Below, piece after piece: positions 61,216-64,000 of a stretch of DNA of 64,000 bases. The DNA comes from an uncultured Actinomycetes bacterium. Lineage in GTDB: Bacteria; Actinomycetota; Thermoleophilia; Gaiellales; Gaiellaceae. The position numbers were made by a program, and so were the translations under genes. Position 1 is the first letter of the stretch; every line of letters begins with the position of its first letter. Below the pieces are notes generated by a model. That model was not told the origin of the DNA and made no database searches. It saw nothing but the letters and a program-made list of their open reading frames with translations. The stretch spans positions 15,951 through 79,950 of the forward strand of contig CAVROA010000004.1 of NCBI GenBank assembly GCA_963722715.1. The letters are read 5' to 3'.

Positions 61216-62131
61216 GTGCGGCTGATCGCGCTCCTGCAGGCGCTTTTCGCCTCGATTGTGCCCACGGCCGCTCCGCAGGCTCCGGATCCCTTAGATGGGC
61301 TTACGGCGCGGCAGAAGGCCGCCCTCGTGGTCGTCTCGGGCCTCCCCGCGCCGAAGGGCGTCGGCGGAGTGATCGTCCAGCGGCTGGAGCCTCGGCGAGC
61401 CGCGCCCACGGAACACGCTCGTGTTCGTCGACCAGGAAGGCGGAACGGCCCAGACGTTCGGACGTCTGCCGCCCTCGGTCCCGGCCTCGTCGTACTCGAG
61501 CGCCCGAGCGGCGTTTCTCTCGGGACGTAGAACGGGTCGAGCTCTCCGCCGAGCCGGCGCCCATGTGGACCTTGCGCCCGTGCTCGACTCGGCCGGAGGC
61601 CCGCTCGGCTCCCGGCACTTTCGCCGGCCGGCGTTCGCCGCCGCCTTTGCCAGAGGCCTGGCGGCCGGCGGCGCGGGCGCGTGTGCGAAGCACTTCCCGG
61701 GCCTTGGCACCGCGCGCGTCTCCACCGACGAGTCGCCGCAGGTTCACGCATCCGTCAGAGCGGACGAGCTGGCCGGTTTCCGGCTCGCGATCCGTGCCGG
61801 CGTCCCCTGCGTGATGACGAGCCACGCCATCTACGACCGCTTCGGGCGCAGGCGCGCCTCTTTCTCCCGCCGCGCCTACCGCCTGCTACGAGCAAGCGGG
61901 TTCGATGGGGTCGCGATGACCGACTCCGTCTCCGTCTTCGGGTCGAGGTTTGCGGTCGTCTCCGCCCGGCTGGCGATTCTCGGCGGGGCCGACCTCGTCC
62001 TCTATACCAACGGGCGCGACGCCGGCCGGGCGATCGCCGCCCTCGTTCCGCTCGCCCGGCGAGGCCGCCTCGACGAGCACGTGAAAAGGGTGTTGCGGCT
62101 CCGCCGGTCGCTTGGGCTCCCGGCCTTGTGA
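61216..62131 (+). pseudogene. Glycoside hydrolase family 3 N-terminal-domain protein (NagZ-like), frame-disrupted between about 61375 and 61418
   Basis: LTARQKAALVVVSGLPAPKGVGGVIV is in the frame of track ORF 60070..61530. LVFVDQEGG...KHFPGLG...VMTSHAIY...GFDGVAMTDS is in ORF 61421..62131. The start (GTG 61216 or 61258) is uncertain. Confidence 0.65.
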
Positions 62132-62153
62132 CGCTGCTAAACTCGCCCACTTC

Positions 62154-64000
62154 ATGCGCGCGGAGGCGGGTGTTCGTCCGGTGCGCCGGCCTCGTGCTGC
62201 CCCCAGGCGCCGGCGCGGTTTCCGCGCGGTCCTGCCTAGCCGGCGCGGGCTGGCGGGTATTGGCGCGGCAGTCCTCGCGCTCGTCCTGATCGTCGGGGTC
62301 GCGTTTTCAGGCTCCGACGCTCGCATCGCAGCGGGTGTCGAGGTCTCCGGACTGAAGGTCTCCGGCCTCACGCCGGAGCAGGCGGAGAAGAGGCTCTCCG
62401 CGCGGTCCGCGAGCCTGGCCGAGGTTCCGGTGACGTTCACCGGCAGTGGAAAGAGCTGGCGTATCTCGCCGAAGGAGCTCGATCTCTCGATCGACTGGCC
62501 CGCCACCCTCGCCGAGGCCCGTGCGGCAGGAGACTGGCCGCTTCCCTTCCGCGGTCTGAAGCGGGTGTCGGTCAGGCTCTTCGGAGCCGAGGTGGAGCCT
62601 CACGCCGACGCCTACGAGGCTGGGCTGAAGTTCGAGCTGGGGAGAATTGCGGCGTCCGTCGACAGGAAGGCAGAGAGCGCGTCGATCGTCTTGAACGACC
62701 TCACCCCGCGCCTGGAGCCGGCACGCGACGGCACGAAGCTCGACATGCAAGCGGCAGAGGCGACGGTCGTCTCGGCTCTCGCCGGCTTCTCGCGGAAGCC
62801 GGTTGCGCTCCCGATCCAGGTCGACAAGGCCGCGGTCGGGACCGAGGAGCTTCGACCTGTGCTCGAAGACGTGCAGACCGTTTTGTCGCGCCCGGTGCGC
62901 TTCGGCTGGCACGGCACCACGTGGATGGTCACCCGGGAACAGCTGGCGAAGCTCCTCTCCCTGCCGCGTGGAGGCAGCAAGAAGCTCGCCATCGGAGGCC
63001 CATACGCGACGCTCTATTTCAAGCGGCTTTCCCGTGCGTTTGCGAACCCGCCCCAGAACGCCCAGTTCGAGGTGCAGAGCAATCGAAGCGTTCGCGTCGT
63101 CCGCGCCCGCAAGGGCCGGGTGCTCGACGTGCCGGCGACCGCGACCGCGCTTCTGGAGGCGGCGCTCTCGTCGGGCAAGCGGTCGGCCGAGCTCGTGATC
63201 AAGGAAGCGGAGCCCTCCTTGACGACCAAGGAGGCGAAGGAGCTCGGGATCAGCCGCGAGCTCGTCCGCTACAGCTCCTTCTACACGGGCACCGCGGACC
63301 GGATCACGAACCTGAAGCTCGCGACGAGGCTCCTCGACGGAACGCGGATTGCACCTGGTGCGACGTTCTCCTTCAACAGGGAGGTAGGTCCCCGCACTGC
63401 GGCGCGCGGCTTCCGCTCGGCTCCAGTGATCATCGGCGGCGAGTACGAGGAGGGCATCGGCGGAGGCGTGTCGCAGGTGGCGACGACGGTCTTCAACGCG
63501 GCCTGGGAGGCCGGCTTGAAGATCACGGAGCGGACCGCCCACGCCCTGTACATCAGCCGCTATCCCCTCGGGCGCGATGCAACCGTGAACTATCCGGACA
63601 TTGACCTGAAGTTCGTGAACGACACGAAGCACTGGCTGGTCATGAAGGCCGTGCCGACCGACACCGGGATCGCGATCAGCCTCCTGGGCGCGCCCACGGG
63701 TCGCCGCGTCGTCTCGGTCCCCGGTGAGCTCGAGGAGATCGCGCCCGCGAAGATCAAGCGGGTGCCGGATCCGGGGCTCTTCGTCGGCGAGAAGGTGATC
63801 GAGGAGTTTGGCGCGCCGGCCCGCACGGTCACAGTCATTCGCACGGTCTACGTCGGCGACCGCGTGCTTCGCGAGGAGACCTGGCGGACCGCATACCAGT
63901 CCGAGCCTCGAGTGATTCGCTACGGAACGATCCCCGTACCGGAGGCCGAGCCCGAGCCGGCGCCGCCGGACGAGGAGACCCCGACCGAGACGACTCCTAC
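62154..64000 (+). CDS. VanW-family protein (N-terminal TM, repeat region, VanW domain); 3' end outside the window
   Basis: Open from ATG 62154 to the window edge, so it is absent from the track. TM GIGAAVLALVLIVGVAF. VanW strings FYTGTADRITNLKLATRLLDGTRIAPGATFSFN, GGGVSQVATTVFNAAWEAGL, RDATVNYPDIDLKFVND. Confidence 0.85.
   Translation, partial: MRAEAGVRPVRRPRAAPRRRRGFRAVLPSRRGLAGIGAAVLALVLIVGVAFSGSDARIAAGVEVSGLKVSGLTPEQAEKRLSARSASLAEVPVTFTGSGKSWRISPKELDLSIDWPATLAEARAAGDWPLPFRGLKRVSVRLFGAEVEPHADAYEAGLKFELGRIAASVDRKAESASIVLNDLTPRLEPARDGTKLDMQAAEATVVSALAGFSRKPVALPIQVDKAAVGTEELRPVLEDVQTVLSRPVRFGWHGTTWMVTREQLAKLLSLPRGGSKKLAIGGPYATLYFKRLSRAFANPPQNAQFEVQSNRSVRVVRARKGRVLDVPATATALLEAALSSGKRSAELVIKEAEPSLTTKEAKELGISRELVRYSSFYTGTADRITNLKLATRLLDGTRIAPGATFSFNREVGPRTAARGFRSAPVIIGGEYEEGIGGGVSQVATTVFNAAWEAGLKITERTAHALYISRYPLGRDATVNYPDIDLKFVNDTKHWLVMKAVPTDTGIAISLLGAPTGRRVVSVPGELEEIAPAKIKRVPDPGLFVGEKVIEEFGAPARTVTVIRTVYVGDRVLREETWRTAYQSEPRVIRYGTIPVPEAEPEPAPPDEETPTETTP

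Overview
GC-rich, actinobacterial-type chromosome segment (taxon is inference; some traits recall Thermoleophilia or Rubrobacteria-like lineages). Most of it is the conserved translation/transcription super-cluster, all on the + strand. The order is tRNA-Met, rpmG-secE-nusG-rplK-rplA-rplJ-rplL, rpoB-rpoC, rpsL-rpsG-fusA-tuf, then the S10, spc and alpha operons (rpsJ to rplQ, with secY, adk, map and rpoA), followed by truA and ligA. I count 33 r-protein genes. The flanks carry accessory genes. At 0-7.4 kb: PilC-like platform protein, DHFR-like protein, aldo/keto reductase, TPM-like membrane protein, ferritin, class-III aminotransferase, MBL-rhodanese. At 42.7-64 kb: ArsR/SRPBCC pair, HAD, DacB, a NarL-type regulator, two divergent coiled-coil peptidoglycan hydrolases, Ku, alpha/beta hydrolase, Nif3, tRNA-Pro, two CtaG-like proteins, CoA-binding protein, nitrilase, HAD, MFS, acyl-CoA dehydrogenase, GH3, and a VanW gene that runs off the window. 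I saw no rRNA, CRISPR array or recognisable mobile element, and I did not find a convincing novel multi-gene system. Worth a second look: (1) six internal frame breaks and two boundary defects (rpsL stop, Nif3 start), absent from all other core genes; (2) a roughly 240-aa low-complexity N-terminal extension on S17, with similar tails on uL22, uS3, uS5 and uL15; (3) a Cys4 pattern in uL24; (4) a roughly 250-300 aa insertion in beta-prime; (5) a paralogous coiled-coil hydrolase pair beside an orphan response regulator; (6) infA missing from its usual slot. All calls rest on reading the translations and remembered family motifs, with no searches run. Start codons were chosen by eye.
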